Origin: a virus
IMG/VR virus record: IMGVR_UViG_3300046512_000087
Span: 29,404 to 93,403 of that record
Length of the DNA: 64,000 nt
Reading direction: 5' to 3' (one strand)
The notes beneath the pieces are model-generated. The model was given only the letters and a program-made list of their open reading frames with translations, had not been told where the DNA came from and did not search any database. Positions 62,899-64,000 of the stretch are shown in pieces (within the stretch, counting starts at the first letter, position 1; every line of letters begins with the position of its first letter). The translations under genes were made by a program, and so were the position numbers.

Positions 62899-63277
62899 GC
62901 TCCAAAGCCTCCATCAGCTCTTGGTACTCGGCCAGGGGCATTGCCACCCAGTCTCCATTGGGGCGGGCTTTGCCTTCGGGGGTGACGAAGCTCATGGTCA
63001 GCAAAGGGCGGGCCCCCTTGGACCGGGCCTCATGGGTGATCTTTACCAGCCACGCATAATCCACAGGCAAAGTCATGTGGATAGTGGACTTCGCTTCACC
63101 CAGGAATTTCCAGGTTCCGGTCTGCAAAGTCATATCCCCTTTCGCACCACGCATAGCGCCAGAAGCCGGTGTTAACCGGCCCCCAGTCTTTTTAGCCAAG
63201 CGTGCTTCGCTGGTCTTGCCATGGGCATTTTTAGGTGCCGACGCCTGCCTACGCAGGAAAGCTGAGTTTTCCATCAC
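62876..63277 (-). CDS. PD-(D/E)xK endonuclease (Hjc-like)
   Basis: SE..LAK..GG..PASGA...KGD...GEAKST. Confidence 0.65.
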   Translation of the reverse strand: MMENSAFLRRQASAPKNAHGKTSEARLAKKTGGRLTPASGAMRGAKGDMTLQTGTWKFLGEAKSTIHMTLPVDYAWLVKITHEARSKGARPLLTMSFVTPEGKARPNGDWVAMPLAEYQELMEALEHGSKMDE

Positions 63278-64000
63278 TTGGCTGCGCCCTCGGCCTCAAG
63301 CAGGAAGAACTTACTGGACTGGCTGGCAGTAATGGCCGTGTGCAACTTCGCAGCAAAAGCCAGGTCGTCCAGGTAGCGCTGTTGAATCGGGATCAGGGTA
63401 GGGAACACTTCCCCATACAGCTGCCACCCAGACCCTTTCTCTACCTTGGACAATACGCCCATGTCCTTCAGATGGCCTGACACGACGTTCCAGCTGTTAG
63501 TCTTACCAACTCCCACCGCAGGCAGCAGCCCCATATCGTATTTGAACGAGGACTGGGTGATGGGCACCTTCGATTTCTTGATCACAGCTGCTGTGTCTTT
63601 GTACGCCGGTAGTTCGGGACTGATGGTTTTCTCAATCACGTTCTTGCCATACAGACGGACAGTCAGGCTGGACAGGAACTTCATGGTCTGGCCCCCTGGC
63701 ATGGTTTCAGGATCACCAAACATCACACCGATTTTGTGGCGAGTCTGGTTCACAAAGATCACCGCAGGCCTGTGGCCCCGCTTACCCTCTTCCGACAGGG
63801 CGATGACCATCTTGTTGCAGATACGCTTGATCAAGATCGACGCAGTGCCAACATCGAACTTCTCTGCTGACTGCTCGATTTCCTTGGCTGCAATCACACA
63901 AGCCAGCGAGTCAACAACCAGTAGGGCTACTTCCTCGGCATGGATTAAGGCGTCGATCATGTCGGCGGCTTCTTCACCATAACCCGGTTTCACACAAGGA
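63274..64000 (-). CDS. recA: RecA-like recombinase, C-terminal part (5' end outside window)
   Basis: LLVVDSLA (Walker B), FVNQTRHKIGVMFGDPETMPGG..KF. Confidence 0.9.
   Translation of the reverse strand, partial: PCVKPGYGEEAADMIDALIHAEEVALLVVDSLACVIAAKEIEQSAEKFDVGTASILIKRICNKMVIALSEEGKRGHRPAVIFVNQTRHKIGVMFGDPETMPGGQTMKFLSSLTVRLYGKNVIEKTISPELPAYKDTAAVIKKSKVPITQSSFKYDMGLLPAVGVGKTNSWNVVSGHLKDMGVLSKVEKGSGWQLYGEVFPTLIPIQQRYLDDLAFAAKLHTAITASQSSKFFLLEAEGAAK

Noticed and set aside
1-64000. Integrase, CI-type repressor, tRNA genes, lysis genes
   Set aside because: None recognised in this window; lifestyle cannot be settled from a partial genome.

Overview
This 64-kb window is part of a tailed dsDNA phage genome, probably a siphovirus. 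A Pseudomonas host is suggested by an AmrZ-like Arc protein. Essentially all credible genes lie on the minus strand. Reading along that strand from the right end: (1) a recombination module (RecA-like, nucleases, RuvC-like); (2) small early genes; (3) an MgsA-C-like gene, a seven-gene nucleotide-sugar tailoring/glycosyltransferase cluster and a ParB-like gene, placed directly ahead of the terminase genes; (4) many small accessory genes behind sigma70-like promoters, including dUTPase; (5) a displaced tail-fibre module; (6) DNA ligase, a truncated PPDK-like dikinase, a CsrA-like protein and two CX5R phosphatases; (7) family A DNA polymerase plus an HNH endonuclease; (8) portal, MuF, protease, scaffold, major capsid and head-tail genes, and the start of the tail tube gene. 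The most striking unexplained signal is the 14-bp inverted repeat TGCAAT-TG-ATTGCA. I found 37 copies by eye, in both orientations, inside genes in several reading frames and beside about ten promoters. The second is the amino-sugar/glycosyltransferase/ParB/terminase cluster, a candidate new DNA or virion glycosylation system that may use these sites. All calls come from motif recognition by eye; no database searches were run.
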